Virus record (IMG/VR): IMGVR_UViG_3300033121_001593
Location: 64,001-128,000 of that record
Length of the DNA: 64,000 nucleotides
DNA from: a virus
Lineage: Duplodnaviria; Caudoviricetes
Direction: 5' to 3' (one strand)
Position numbers and translations under genes: made by a program. Positions 17,193 to 27,653 of this stretch are shown piece after piece. The notes under the pieces are model-generated. The model searched no databases. It worked only from the letters and a program-made list of their open reading frames with translations, and was not told the origin of the DNA. Within the stretch, counting starts at the first letter, position 1, and every line of letters begins with the position of its first letter.

Positions 17193-17253
17193 GTTAAAAG
17201 CCTCCGGTGAAGTTGGCCGGCAATGCCGGCATCAAAAGAATGAGCCGGCCGGC

Positions 17254-19371
17254 CTACAGCGCCGGCATCGGAATTTCGACGATCATCGAGCCGCCCGCCG
17301 GCACCCGACCATTCGGCCGCGGCCGCCCGCCGAAATCGACGGACTCCAGCGAATCCTCCAACAGGCGCAGGTTCTCGGTCGAAAACGTCGCCAGTTGGTC
17401 GGGCGTAAAGGCGCAGCGGTGGTTTGCCGCCAGCGCCGCGATCAGGCTCGCCCGCTCGGCCTGGGCGTTGGCCTGGACGTTGTTCAAGGCCGCGATCAGG
17501 CCGGCCACCCCGCCGAACTGACGGACAGCCGTCAGTAGCTCGGCAAGCTCGGACTCGTTGGTCGCTACGGGCGCTACGGCGGGCGCTACGGCCTCTTGGG
17601 CAGCCGGAACGGCTACGGGGGCCGGCACAGCCGTTTCGACCGGCACGGCGGGCGCTACGGCCTCTACGGGAACTTCGGTGACGTTGGAGACGGGGGCGGT
17701 GACTTCGCTCTCCATGCCGGGCATGAGCAGCACGTCGCCCGCCGCGGTCACTCCAAGATCGGCGGCCATCACCTTGAGATCGTCAAGCGTCATGGCCTCC
17801 AGGACGGCGCGCTCGCACTGGCAGTCGGCATTTGCCAGCAGCGCCTCGATCAACTGGCGTCGGTCGTTCATGGTTTCGTCTTCTCCGTTTTCGGCGAGAA
17901 CTCCCTCGCCAGGGGGTTGGGATTCGTCCGCCGATTCGGCGGCGGCTTCGAAGGCGGCGGGCACAGGCACAGGCTCCTCCGGGGGATCGGTGACGGGGGC
18001 CTCGGTGACGGGGGCCGGGTGCGCCTCGCGCGCCAGGGTCAACATTGCGGTGAGATCGGCATAGGTGATGAAACGCTCCGCCGTCACGGCGGACTCGTTG
18101 ACGGCCTCGGCCAGCGGATCGGCGGGGGCGGTGCGCATTTCGCCGGCCAGGTTGAAGACGATCTGATCCTGCCCGACCGTCACGCCCAGATGCGAGAAGG
18201 CCGCGCGGCCGGCCGGCGTGATCGCCGGGGTCGCCTCACCAGCCGGCAGATAGGCCAGGATCAGGTGCATGGCCTGAACGTCGATCTCCGGGGCTTCTTC
18301 CTCGTCCCCGCCATAGGCGAAGTAGCCCAGGTACTCGCCCAGGTCATAGGCCCAGCGTTGGATGGCCTGGCCGCCCAGCGTCAGGTAAAGCACGTCCATG
18401 GCCTCGCCGGTGATCAGCCGGCCAAAGCCGGTGATCTGCGCCGCCATAACGGCCGTCGAACGGGCGACATAGGCTAGCTCGCTCGAAAGGAACTGCAGGG
18501 CGTCGCTGCCGCGGTAGGTCAGAAGCGGCACGCTCAGGCCCGCCGGTTCCAGGACAATCGAGCCAGGGGGCAGGTCGCCCGGCGAAAGGGCCAGGGCGGC
18601 GGCGCTTTCGTCGGCAAGGAACAGGGCCACGGTGGCAAGGCGCTCGTCATTCGTCTCCACCACGTCGACGGCCTCAAGCTCCGCGACGGCCTCAAGCTCG
18701 GCCTCGTCCGGGGTGATACCAAAGAAGTCGGCTAGCGCGGCCATCAGCCGCTGGCCAACCGACGCGTTTACCGCGGGCATAGGGCTTGTCGGTTTCGTCA
18801 TACTTTTCTCCTGTCGAAAATTAGTTCGGGGGACACCGCAGCCGTCGGCCCAGTTGCAGGCTCCCTCAGCCGTAGGTAGCAGGGCCAGGTGATCGGGCCG
18901 AATATTGCGGGCGATAGTCTGATAGCGCCGGCCTTCGTGCGCCCCATTCGCCCGCTCGACATCCCGAAAGTAACCGGTCGATACTTCACAGCCGCCGCCG
19001 TCAACGATCTGGCTCAGGACCATATCGCCCGCGTCGCCGAACTGCTCCAGCCGGTCCAGATCGATCCATACGTCACCCTTGAGTCGCCCATCCTCGAAGC
19101 GCACGTCGTACAGCCGACCACAGGCGAAGGCGTCCAGCGCCTCAAGCGACCGGGCCGAAATGTACTCGCGCCCGTCGTGCGGGTGACCAATCGTAACCGG
19201 CGAGTCGTTCCAGACCGGCGTATAGCGGCCGATCTCGTCGGCAAGCACTAGCTCGCCGTTGAGCACGCCCGGCACCAGCGCCACAACAGGGGCCACCAGC
19301 CACTCGCGCCCGTCGCGCTCACAACGGGTGGCACCAGCAATATTCGTGCGTTGGACGGTGAGACCGATCAA
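17254..19371 (-). CDS. Prohead protease/scaffold (DUF2213 family)
   Basis: Motifs 'WNDSPVTIGHP', 'EVSTGY', 'NIRPDHLALL' and 'GACNWADGCG', with an acidic scaffold-like C-terminus. Confidence 0.85.
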   Translation of the reverse strand: MIGLTVQRTNIAGATRCERDGREWLVAPVVALVPGVLNGELVLADEIGRYTPVWNDSPVTIGHPHDGREYISARSLEALDAFACGRLYDVRFEDGRLKGDVWIDLDRLEQFGDAGDMVLSQIVDGGGCEVSTGYFRDVERANGAHEGRRYQTIARNIRPDHLALLPTAEGACNWADGCGVPRTNFRQEKSMTKPTSPMPAVNASVGQRLMAALADFFGITPDEAELEAVAELEAVDVVETNDERLATVALFLADESAAALALSPGDLPPGSIVLEPAGLSVPLLTYRGSDALQFLSSELAYVARSTAVMAAQITGFGRLITGEAMDVLYLTLGGQAIQRWAYDLGEYLGYFAYGGDEEEAPEIDVQAMHLILAYLPAGEATPAITPAGRAAFSHLGVTVGQDQIVFNLAGEMRTAPADPLAEAVNESAVTAERFITYADLTAMLTLAREAHPAPVTEAPVTDPPEEPVPVPAAFEAAAESADESQPPGEGVLAENGEDETMNDRRQLIEALLANADCQCERAVLEAMTLDDLKVMAADLGVTAAGDVLLMPGMESEVTAPVSNVTEVPVEAVAPAVPVETAVPAPVAVPAAQEAVAPAVAPVATNESELAELLTAVRQFGGVAGLIAALNNVQANAQAERASLIAALAANHRCAFTPDQLATFSTENLRLLEDSLESVDFGGRPRPNGRVPAGGSMIVEIPMPAL

Positions 19372-19389
19372 GGCGGTAACTCCGGGAAC

Positions 19390-19430
19390 AAAAAAGGCCG
19401 CTTACCGGGGGACGAATCCCGGTAAGCGGC
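19390..19430 (-). terminator. Intrinsic terminator upstream of the head genes
   Basis: 13-bp stem GCCGCTTACCGGG/CCCGGTAAGCGGC followed by CTTTTTT on the minus strand. Confidence 0.75.
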
Positions 19431-19577
19431 ACTAAGGCACTATCCTCGTGAGCAGTCACCTCCCGTGGCCATTTAAGGCACTCCGGCTAGGCCGGCAGGG
19501 GTCACCGCTCACGTTTTGCTTTATAAGAGGCCACCTTCCCGCAGGGGGAAAGGCAGGAAGGCGGCCCGTTCGCGCTG

Positions 19578-19606
19578 ATACTAACAGATATCAGATAGCT
19601 TGTCAA
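19578..19606 (-). promoter_or_regulatory. Sigma70-type promoter of the head-gene leader
   Basis: TTGACA-N17-TAGTAT. Confidence 0.6.
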
Positions 19607-19642
19607 GTTATAAACGATAATCGGCGGGCGAATTCCGGCAGC

Positions 19643-19870
19643 CTATTCGCCTCCCCACGCGCCCGCGCTCTTGCCGGGCGGCCCGGTCGGCAGCGCCCCC
19701 AGGTCATCGGCCATCAGCGCCCACCAGTCGGCGATCGTGAACGGAACGTAGACGCTCCGCTTACGGTCATAGAACAGGATCACGCCATCCTTGAGCATGG
19801 CGACGAAAGCGCCATCGGGGGAAAGCAGCCGGCCCGCCTCGTCCACCCTCCAGCCGGTTCGGTGGGCCAT
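19643..19870 (-). CDS. Hypothetical protein
   Basis: 75-aa ORF in an operon-like arrangement. Confidence 0.5.
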   Translation of the reverse strand: MAHRTGWRVDEAGRLLSPDGAFVAMLKDGVILFYDRKRSVYVPFTIADWWALMADDLGALPTGPPGKSAGAWGGE

Positions 19871-19880
19871 GCGTCACGGT

Positions 19881-20261
19881 CTACCGCCCTGGTGAATCGG
19901 CGATGGCGACGGAAGCGGCGGCGTTGATATCCTTGGCGATGGCGCGCGCCATACCCGCCACCATCACGGCGGGGAAGTAACGGGCGGCGTTTCCGCCATC
20001 ATCGTCGGTCACCCGCTCCAGGTATCGCATGATCGATACCGCGACTTCCTCAGCCTCGACGTGGTACATCCGCTCGCCTTCTTCGGGGGCCGGCGTCCAA
20101 GTCAGGGTATTCGTGCCTGACGTACTGACGTGCCCGCTCGTGGCCGCCCGATACGCGGACGCCGCCGCATTATAGGCGTCGGACGTGCCGGGCCGCGCCT
20201 GACCGGATAGAATGCCGCCTATGACGGGGGCGTGCCCTTTGGGATCGGTGGAAGTAGTCAT
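19881..20261 (-). CDS. Hypothetical protein
   Basis: 126-aa ORF, co-directional with neighbours. Confidence 0.5.
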   Translation of the reverse strand: MTTSTDPKGHAPVIGGILSGQARPGTSDAYNAAASAYRAATSGHVSTSGTNTLTWTPAPEEGERMYHVEAEEVAVSIMRYLERVTDDDGGNAARYFPAVMVAGMARAIAKDINAAASVAIADSPGR

Positions 20262-20265
20262 TTCT

Positions 20266-20478
20266 TTAGCACCCGCAGGCTAGGTGGAATAGCCGGACAC
20301 TAAGCCCGGCGGCGATGCCGACAATGGGCAGGAGCACCAGGATACCGACCGCCAGCACGGGGATACCCGCGCAGCCTGGTATGCTCGTGCGCTTCTCGGA
20401 GGGCGGTGATAGCGGTGCTAACGGCGCGCCCGAAGTCGTCTGCCATTGCACGGAGTCGTCGCTCGGTGGTTGCGTCAT
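20266..20478 (-). CDS. Small membrane protein
   Basis: C-terminal hydrophobic helix IPVLAVGILVLLPIVGIAAGL. Confidence 0.5.
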   Translation of the reverse strand: MTQPPSDDSVQWQTTSGAPLAPLSPPSEKRTSIPGCAGIPVLAVGILVLLPIVGIAAGLSVRLFHLACGC

Positions 20479-20663
20479 CGTTTTGGCCTTTCATCGTGAG
20501 GAGTATAAGCCCTTCCTCGATCTCGGCACGCTTTGCCGCGCGTGCCCGCTCCTGCTCGGCCTCGGCTAGAAGGGTGATTAGATGCCGGGCCTCCGGTATG
20601 CCGGCAGCCGCCGCGCCGGCCAGGATAGAGCCGGCCATTAGCTGCCGGCCGATTGGCGTCTCG

Positions 20664-21533
20664 TTAGGTTGCGATCTCATTTTGCCAGGTCTTCCCGGTG
20701 AAGCTCGACCGGTATTGTATCTCGCAGGAGCAGGCGTTGAGGCATTGCCGGTCGCCTATGTCGATTAGCTCGCCCTGTGGCTGCCAGCCAAGCTCAGACA
20801 TCCAAAGACAATCCTCGCAGTTTTCAGCGCCGCCCAGGATATTCATCTCCATGTCGTAGCCCCGCTTGAACATCTCACTCCCGGTAAGATGCCACCAAGC
20901 CTTGCGCAGGCTCTTTGGGTACTGGCCGACCCGCTGCCAGAAAAGGCCGTCGACCGGATACTCGGCGCTCTCCAGGGCCTGCGCGAAGCCGTCAAGGTAC
21001 TCTAACTGAAAGTCTATGCCGACCTCGACCTCCGCCCAATCGCTGGCCTCCAGGGCGGCCCAGCCGCCCAGCACTAGCATAGCCGCCGTGCCGTGGCCCA
21101 TCTTCACCGTTTCGGCCATGGCCTCCTGCCACTGCCCGATGGTGATCTCGCCGGCCACCATGCGCTCGCTCTGCAGCCGGGCCTCAGCCTCCAAGGCCAG
21201 CCGCGCCGTATCCCGCGCGCCGTTCACCAGGCTCCACGATACGCCGCGGCCGTTTACGTCGAAATAGAAGCGGGTGGCGTCTGACCACGTAAACGGCGGG
21301 ACCAGCGCCTGCTCGGCAAAGGCCGCCAGGGCGTCGTCGGCGACACTCGGCCCGCCTCGATTGGCGGCGGGTGCCGGCGTGCCCGGCAGCGCGCCAGAGG
21401 CGTGAATGAGCCAGGCCGGCGCGCCCGGTACATTCGCCGTATACCATTCGGTCAGGCGCACGATCTCCTGACCGTCGAACCTAGCCAGGCGCGTCCGATC
21501 AGCCGCGGCCCACCGACGCGCCCGGCCTTTCAT
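20664..21533 (-). CDS. Head morphogenesis/minor capsid protein (Mu gpF-like)
   Basis: C-terminal Cys cluster 'ENCEDC...CLNACSCEIQY'. Lies downstream of the portal. Confidence 0.7.
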   Translation of the reverse strand: MKGRARRWAAADRTRLARFDGQEIVRLTEWYTANVPGAPAWLIHASGALPGTPAPAANRGGPSVADDALAAFAEQALVPPFTWSDATRFYFDVNGRGVSWSLVNGARDTARLALEAEARLQSERMVAGEITIGQWQEAMAETVKMGHGTAAMLVLGGWAALEASDWAEVEVGIDFQLEYLDGFAQALESAEYPVDGLFWQRVGQYPKSLRKAWWHLTGSEMFKRGYDMEMNILGGAENCEDCLWMSELGWQPQGELIDIGDRQCLNACSCEIQYRSSFTGKTWQNEIAT

Positions 21534-21815
21534 GCGGCCTCGAAAGACCGCGTCCGTTCGTGCGGGGGCCGCCAGAGCGAACGCCAGACGCGCAGGCGCG
21601 AGAGGGTCGCCTCGCCGCCGCCGGCCCGAATACGGTCGATCAAGGCCGAGATAGCCTCAGCCTCCGTGTGGCCACGTACTGACATATTCTCCGCCAGCCG
21701 GGCCTCAACCATCGGGGCCTGGCCCGGCCTGGTGACAGGGGCCGCGATCAAAAGAACGTAGTACAGGCCCTTGCCCTTGTCCTCGCCGTCCTCGGCGACC
21801 GGCCTTTGAAAGGCG

Positions 21816-23411
21816 CTAGTATGGTGGGCGGATTGTCTGGACGGTGGGCGGTGGCCCGCTTGATTGGCTGTTCTCATCGGTCTGCGCTTCTCCTTCAGGG
21901 GTTGGTGTCGTATCCGCCGGGGGGGGCGGTGGCTTGACGGGCGGCGGGGCCGCCCAGGCGGTGAGGGCCTTAGCCTCTTTCTCGGTAAAGCCGGCGACCA
22001 GGGCCGCGGCATAAAGCGACGCGCCTGAGTCGGTCAGCGTCTTGGCGATACGCGCCAGCACGGAACGCAGGCCAAGCATCTCGACGGCGGCTTCCTTCGG
22101 CGCGCGCCCTTCGAGGCCCAGCCAGTCCCGGAACTCGGCCGGGCTGATATACACGTCGGGCGACGATCCGCTCGATACCGCCGATACAGCCCGCCCGCGG
22201 GCCTCGGCCAGGTCGGCGCGCTCAAGATCGGATAGCTCGATAATGGGCTTCCAGATTAGCTCGATCTCGTCAACATCAACCGCCGGCAGGATGCCATAGT
22301 CCACCAGGCGCTCGATCATGGTACGCACCAGGGGGTCGGCGAACTGCCGGCGACGCTCCTTGATGACGCCCGCCCATTGGCGAGACTCCTCGGTCTTACC
22401 CACGTCGCCCCGGTCGCTGCCGATCAAGATCGAATAGGGGATTTGAGTCGTGGCGCAGATCAGCTTGACGGCGACGTTGAACAGAGCCGAAGGATCGATC
22501 ACCTGCCCCGGTAGCTTTTCCAGATCGATCCCCTCGGTGCGGATCACGCGCCGCAGCCCGTTCAGGAAGTCGTCAATCGCCCCGGTTAGCTTCTCCTCGT
22601 CAGCGGTGGTAAGCTCGTAGCCTTCACGAACGTCGGCATGGAAGGTGCCGACCATATCATGCCAGACGGTTTCGGCCCCGCCGTGCACGACCTTCATTAG
22701 GGCCTCAAGCAGATTGTAACATGCCTCCAGGCGGGGCGTCCCCATCACGTCGTCTTTCTCGCAGTCCTCGGCGACGTGGATCACGCGGGTCCAATGCGTC
22801 CGCATTTTCTCGCCCGCCGTATTGACCTCGTAGTATTCGGGCAGGTTATACCGCTCGCTCTCCCGGTTGGTGTCCAGCGCCTCGATCCTGGCGTCGATCT
22901 CATCATAGACCGCCAGATAGACCAGATCGGCGGCAGTAGCATTCGCCGCCGCCTTGCGCTTCAGGGGTGACGGCCACGATCCCCGCCCCTTCATTCCCAG
23001 CACGATCACGGAGTACTGGCCCAGGCCGGCCCGCACGTCCGCCCGGCGCAGGCGCTCGTACAGGCGTACCCGTTTCGCCATCGAAGCCCAGGCCGCAAGG
23101 AAGGCGGCCTGCGCCGTCTCGCTCGTCGCGGCGTCTTCGACAAAGCGAAGCTCAGGATCATCCTTCCACGTCGCGCTCGGCTTGGCGGTGATGATCGGCC
23201 GGGCGATATCCTGCCGGCGATACTTGATCTCGAACTGTGCGAATGAGATATCGACCGGCAGGCCCAGGACGACGTTATAGTCTCTATCCCCGCCGAAAGC
23301 GGTCATCGACTGGCCGCCGCGCGACGTGAGTAACCGCCCCATCAGATCGGATAGGATGGCGATATCCTGCGGGGAATATCGGCCGCGCGGCGGCCTGGTA
23401 TCAGCCGGCAT
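21816..23411 (-). CDS. Portal protein (DUF1073-type)
   Basis: Motifs 'YRRQDIARPII', 'YNLPEYY', 'HWTRVIH' and 'TQIPYSILIG'. Follows the terminase. Confidence 0.88.
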   Translation of the reverse strand: MPADTRPPRGRYSPQDIAILSDLMGRLLTSRGGQSMTAFGGDRDYNVVLGLPVDISFAQFEIKYRRQDIARPIITAKPSATWKDDPELRFVEDAATSETAQAAFLAAWASMAKRVRLYERLRRADVRAGLGQYSVIVLGMKGRGSWPSPLKRKAAANATAADLVYLAVYDEIDARIEALDTNRESERYNLPEYYEVNTAGEKMRTHWTRVIHVAEDCEKDDVMGTPRLEACYNLLEALMKVVHGGAETVWHDMVGTFHADVREGYELTTADEEKLTGAIDDFLNGLRRVIRTEGIDLEKLPGQVIDPSALFNVAVKLICATTQIPYSILIGSDRGDVGKTEESRQWAGVIKERRRQFADPLVRTMIERLVDYGILPAVDVDEIELIWKPIIELSDLERADLAEARGRAVSAVSSGSSPDVYISPAEFRDWLGLEGRAPKEAAVEMLGLRSVLARIAKTLTDSGASLYAAALVAGFTEKEAKALTAWAAPPPVKPPPPPADTTPTPEGEAQTDENSQSSGPPPTVQTIRPPY

Positions 23412-23653
23412 TAGGCCGCGTCCTCAGCCGCAGGCTCAGCGACCGCGGCCTGCTCGCCATCTGCGGCCAGGTCGATCAGCACACCGGCGGCCTTGGCGCG
23501 CTTCAAGCAGCGGTCAAGGATCACCATGGCCAGCTTGACATCGTCGTCCAGGTCAAGCTTGGCGAGCATCGCGCCGTCAACCTTCAGCGCCCGTGTCAGC
23601 AGGATCATCGCAACTTGTAAGCGCCACATCAGGAGTCTCTCCTTTAGCCCCAT
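23411..23653 (-). CDS. Hypothetical protein
   Basis: Start MGLKERLL overlaps the TerL stop. Confidence 0.5.
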   Translation of the reverse strand: MGLKERLLMWRLQVAMILLTRALKVDGAMLAKLDLDDDVKLAMVILDRCLKRAKAAGVLIDLAADGEQAAVAEPAAEDAA

Positions 23654-25155
23654 GCGCCGGCCCGTTTCTTTTGAGCCGGCTTCTCTTGGGGGCAGAACAC
23701 CATCACCACCGCGTCGCCCGCGTCCGGCGACCGCCCGATCCGCTTCTTGACTTCTTCCTTCTCCTCGATACGGATCAGCCCGCTCGAAGTGGTGCGCCAC
23801 ATCGGCGCAGTCAGGTCACCGATCAGTTCGTCGTCGGGCGGGAGGGCGATATCCAGCCCCGTCTGCGGGTCCAGGGCCTCACGCATCGCCCACCAGGCCA
23901 GGCTGCGCCGGTTGAGAAAGCCTAGCTCGCCTGACTTGTCCTTAATGTCAGTGCGGGTTGAAGCGTTGAACGCATCGACCGTATAGCCTAGCTCACGCAG
24001 CCGATCTACCACGCCAGCGCCCATATTGAGCACGTCCACGACGGCGATACCGCGCTTCTGCGCCGTGAGCACACCGACCACGAAGCCGGTGGTTTGCATA
24101 GTATCCTGTTTTCGGAAACGGCGCAACTCCGAAATAACGTTCTCGAAGCGTAGGGCTAGAATCGTGCTGTCCGCGCCATAGCGGGCCACGTCCACGCCCA
24201 CGCCAAAGAACACCAGCACGGGCTTCTCATCCTGCCAGGCGTACCACCGCTCGTTAGCCGCCTCGACCCAGGCCAGCGGGATCACGGCATCCTCCGAGCC
24301 TTCGCTGAAGTTGCCTAGCACGCGGTTCTGGAAGACGGGCGACGACTCGGTCCACTGCGTGCGGCGGGCCTCCACCCACTCGGCGCTGATCCGGCCGGCC
24401 GCCACCGCCTCCTCGACTTTGACGTGCCGCACCCACCAGTCACCATAGCCGGGCTTACGGGCCTGGATATCGTAGAAGCGGCCAGCCGGCCCGCCCGGCG
24501 TCGAGACGCACAGCCACCAGGCGTCGCCGGTGCTCATCGCGCCTTCGGCGGCGTCCCAGGTCTCAGAGGGTATCGTCTTGGACTCGTCAAAGATGTAGAG
24601 AATGTTATCGGCGTGCGCGCCTTCGATCAGGGCGGGCTGGTTCGAGGCCAGGGCGAACGCCTCGCCCGTCGCCAGCTTGAGCGAGAGCATCAGTAGCTCA
24701 CGGCCTTCGGCCAGCGGGCCACGCCCGACCTTGGCCCAGTCCACGCGGCCGGCCCACTTGCGTATCTCCGGCCACAGGAACTTGGTTAGCTGCCGCCAGG
24801 CGCTCGCCGTGGTCGGCACCTTCCAGTCCTCCCCGTCGCGCGTCAGGGCGAACCAGAGCACGATCCAGGCACAGAGGGACGACTTGCCGAGTCCATGGGG
24901 TCCGCGCACGGAGACGCGGCGGCGCTCCTGCAGCGCCGTCATGATCTCTAGCTGATAGGCGCTCGGCCCCTCGCCCTCGCCCCAGCGAAAGCAGTCGTGC
25001 ACGAAGCCAGCGGGGTCATTGCGATAGCGGGCCTTGAATTCGGCGCGCACCTCCTCATTCTGTGAGCCGGCCTTGGCGGTCTGGCGCTTGACGCGGCCCA
25101 CTTGGGCGGGGGGCGCTTTGCGGTAAGCGGCGGCGACATGCTTATTCGTCGGCAT
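23644..25155 (-). CDS. terL: Terminase large subunit
   Basis: Walker A GPHGLGKS, Walker B YIFDE, coupling motif STP, RNase H-fold GVDVAR...SPDAGDA. Confidence 0.95.
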   Translation of the reverse strand: MPTNKHVAAAYRKAPPAQVGRVKRQTAKAGSQNEEVRAEFKARYRNDPAGFVHDCFRWGEGEGPSAYQLEIMTALQERRRVSVRGPHGLGKSSLCAWIVLWFALTRDGEDWKVPTTASAWRQLTKFLWPEIRKWAGRVDWAKVGRGPLAEGRELLMLSLKLATGEAFALASNQPALIEGAHADNILYIFDESKTIPSETWDAAEGAMSTGDAWWLCVSTPGGPAGRFYDIQARKPGYGDWWVRHVKVEEAVAAGRISAEWVEARRTQWTESSPVFQNRVLGNFSEGSEDAVIPLAWVEAANERWYAWQDEKPVLVFFGVGVDVARYGADSTILALRFENVISELRRFRKQDTMQTTGFVVGVLTAQKRGIAVVDVLNMGAGVVDRLRELGYTVDAFNASTRTDIKDKSGELGFLNRRSLAWWAMREALDPQTGLDIALPPDDELIGDLTAPMWRTTSSGLIRIEEKEEVKKRIGRSPDAGDAVVMVFCPQEKPAQKKRAGAWG

Positions 25156-25729
25156 CCAGATTCTTGAGTAGCCCTAATAGCTCATCCACCGCCAGGGCCT
25201 GCGCCTCAGCAGCCGAGGCGGCTTGGAACACGGCAGCCGCCGACCGGTACATCGCTGCCAGCGTCGACGGCCGCATAGGGGCCGCGGCGGGATTGGCGGC
25301 CTGGACCTTCTCGATCTGCTCGATCCCGACATTCGAGACTCGTAGCATACGCAGGCCGCCTTCCTGCAACGTCCGGGCCACGCGCAAAGAACGGGACCGG
25401 AACTGCTCCAGGTCGGCCATGTGCTGCGCCTCCGCCTCACGGCGCGCCCGTAGCTCCAGGTAGGCGTCATACTGCCGCGAACGATTGAGCCAGTCGTGCT
25501 GAGCCGACCAAAGCGTCCAGCGCCCGGAGGGTAGCCTTTTTTCTCCGTCCGCAACATTGCCCTTGCCATGCTCTTTTGTTGCCGCGGTGAAGGCAATGGA
25601 CAGGCTGCGAAAGGGGCCAAGGTCACGATAGACGCAGAAAGCGGCGAAGGCGGGGGCGGTTTCGCCGGCCAGCATATCCCAGGCGAAAAGGCCATCGGCG
25701 CGGCGGAAGCGGTCATCCCATTCGGCCAT
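25142..25729 (-). CDS. Terminase small subunit (putative)
   Basis: 'GETAPAFAAFCVYRDLGPFRSL...WSAQHDW..R...YD' HTH-like pattern. Directly upstream of TerL. Confidence 0.7.
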   Translation of the reverse strand: MAEWDDRFRRADGLFAWDMLAGETAPAFAAFCVYRDLGPFRSLSIAFTAATKEHGKGNVADGEKRLPSGRWTLWSAQHDWLNRSRQYDAYLELRARREAEAQHMADLEQFRSRSLRVARTLQEGGLRMLRVSNVGIEQIEKVQAANPAAAPMRPSTLAAMYRSAAAVFQAASAAEAQALAVDELLGLLKNLDADE

Positions 25730-25731
25730 AG

Positions 25732-26475
25732 TCAGGCTCCTTTGCCCGCCAGCCATTGCTCGAAGCGGGCGGCGGCGGTCACGCCAGGATCGGCGGCCAG
25801 CGTCTCACGGTCTACGATCACGGTGTAGCCGTCGAGGGCGGGGCCGATCTGGAGCAGGTCGGGGCGATAGAGGGCCGGCTGGTTGAGGGCCGGTTCCCAG
25901 GTCACCATGGCGGGGTCTTGCGGGATACGCACGATCTTGCGGTGGGCGATATCGGTGATGGTCTGCTGGAGCAGGCGCACGCCCATGGCTTGCAGGCGAT
26001 CCTGCCAGAGCCGGGAAGCGTCCCAGGTAGGGGGGATAAAGCACCAGTCTTGGGCGGCGATGGGGCCGCCGTCGACGGTATCGTTCAGCCAGTAGACGGT
26101 GCCGCCCGTCACCCGTTCGCCGAGACGGATGGCCCACTTGATGGCGTCGCGGCCGCGGTGCAGGGGCAGGAGGGACGGGTGGAAGCCGATAGCGCCGAAG
26201 GTAGCCTTGTCGCGCGTCTTGCGCCCGATGAAGTCGTGAGAATGAGCCGCGACGATCAGATCGACGCCATCGGGCAGGGTGGCCTCGCGCAGGGAGCCGG
26301 CGGGAAGCAGGGGGATATGGCGGTCGAGGGCCGCGCCATAAAGGCGGTCGATCTTGGAGAAGGCGTCTAGCGGGGCCGGCGCGGCGACGCCTACGACCGG
26401 GTGCCCGGTGTGCTCGATGATCATATCGAGCACCAGCTTGCCAAAGTAGCCCTGGCCGGCGAGATAGATTTTCAT
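25732..26475 (-). CDS. Formyltransferase (Fmt/PurN fold)
   Basis: Motifs HPSLLPLHRG, 'GGTVYW' and 'DGGPI'. Confidence 0.9.
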   Translation of the reverse strand: MKIYLAGQGYFGKLVLDMIIEHTGHPVVGVAAPAPLDAFSKIDRLYGAALDRHIPLLPAGSLREATLPDGVDLIVAAHSHDFIGRKTRDKATFGAIGFHPSLLPLHRGRDAIKWAIRLGERVTGGTVYWLNDTVDGGPIAAQDWCFIPPTWDASRLWQDRLQAMGVRLLQQTITDIAHRKIVRIPQDPAMVTWEPALNQPALYRPDLLQIGPALDGYTVIVDRETLAADPGVTAAARFEQWLAGKGA

Positions 26476-27653
26476 TTGGGCTTTGTAGTCCTTGCCTTGC
26501 GGGGCATCTGCTTGGGCTTTGCGCCGAAGCGAAAGCCCTGCACGGCCCTGAAGTGTCCGCCATAGCCGAGATTGGTAACGCTCACGCCCGGCTTGTTAGC
26601 GAGTGAGGCTATGAGGGTTGTCGCTGATCGTTTCTTGTTACCGCCGTAAAGGTTGGCGCTGACTTGCGCCCAGCGGGGGTCACGGCGCAGGGCGGCGCAG
26701 AGACCGGGGTGGGACGTATGGAAGTAGACGACTTTGACGCGGTCGCCATAGCGGGAGTGCCCGTCGACGTGCCACTGGCATAGCTCATTAAGAAAGCGAA
26801 TGCCGATGCCCGCGCCCTGCCATTCGGGCATCACAACCATACGGCAGGCGCGAACGCCCTGGACTTCCAGGCGGGGGGAGAAGGCCAGGTGAACGACTGG
26901 CTCGCCTTCGACCGTGCCGACGAAATAGGTGGCGGCGACCATCTTGGGCAGCTTCAGATAGTGATGCGGTTCAAAAATGTGCCAATAACGGGAGTCCGTC
27001 TGCCAAAACTCAAGATCGAATCGTGGCCTTCGCCAAAGGCCCCTCCCCGCGTACCTACCGGTTGCCGTGTCAAATACCCAGTCTGGCTCCAGCCATTCTA
27101 TGATATCGTAGTGGCAACTAAGCAGCACGCACTGGTTGCCGCTGGCTTTGGCCAGGCGCTTCCAGGACTTGGCGAAGGCCAGCGCGCCGAACTTGGCGAT
27201 CTGGCGATCCACGACGGACGTGAACTCGTCGATGACGATTTTGGCGGGGGCCTCGCAGATCACGCGGGCGAGATTGGCCCGGAACTTTTCACCGTTGGAT
27301 AGGACGGGGAAGGGGCGGAGCCAGGTCGGGACGGTGCCGAGGCCGACCGCGGCAAGGGCGGCGGTCACTTCGTTGAAGTCGCCGGTCGGGGCGATAGCGT
27401 CCACGATGGGCCGGTCGGCGGGCCAGTTGTCGAAATCGGCGACGGCCTGCGGCCCCCACATCTGCCGGCCCATAGACGTCTTACCTGAGCCAGACGGGCC
27501 GACGATCAGGCCCAATGACCAGCCGGGGTCATCGATGGGCAGGGTAGCCTCAAGATCGAAGTTAGCGCCCGACTCGGCGTTGAACAGGGATTTGACGCGG
27601 GCGGCGCGATAGGAGTCGAAGTCGGCGCAGTTGTTATGAACCGTGATTTTCAT
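26472..27653 (-). CDS. ABC-type ATPase fused to a GNAT acyltransferase
   Basis: GPSGSGKT, LSNGEKFR, IVIDEF. C-terminal acetyl-CoA motif 'RMVVMPEWQGAGIG'. Confidence 0.88.
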   Translation of the reverse strand: MKITVHNNCADFDSYRAARVKSLFNAESGANFDLEATLPIDDPGWSLGLIVGPSGSGKTSMGRQMWGPQAVADFDNWPADRPIVDAIAPTGDFNEVTAALAAVGLGTVPTWLRPFPVLSNGEKFRANLARVICEAPAKIVIDEFTSVVDRQIAKFGALAFAKSWKRLAKASGNQCVLLSCHYDIIEWLEPDWVFDTATGRYAGRGLWRRPRFDLEFWQTDSRYWHIFEPHHYLKLPKMVAATYFVGTVEGEPVVHLAFSPRLEVQGVRACRMVVMPEWQGAGIGIRFLNELCQWHVDGHSRYGDRVKVVYFHTSHPGLCAALRRDPRWAQVSANLYGGNKKRSATTLIASLANKPGVSVTNLGYGGHFRAVQGFRFGAKPKQMPRKARTTKPK

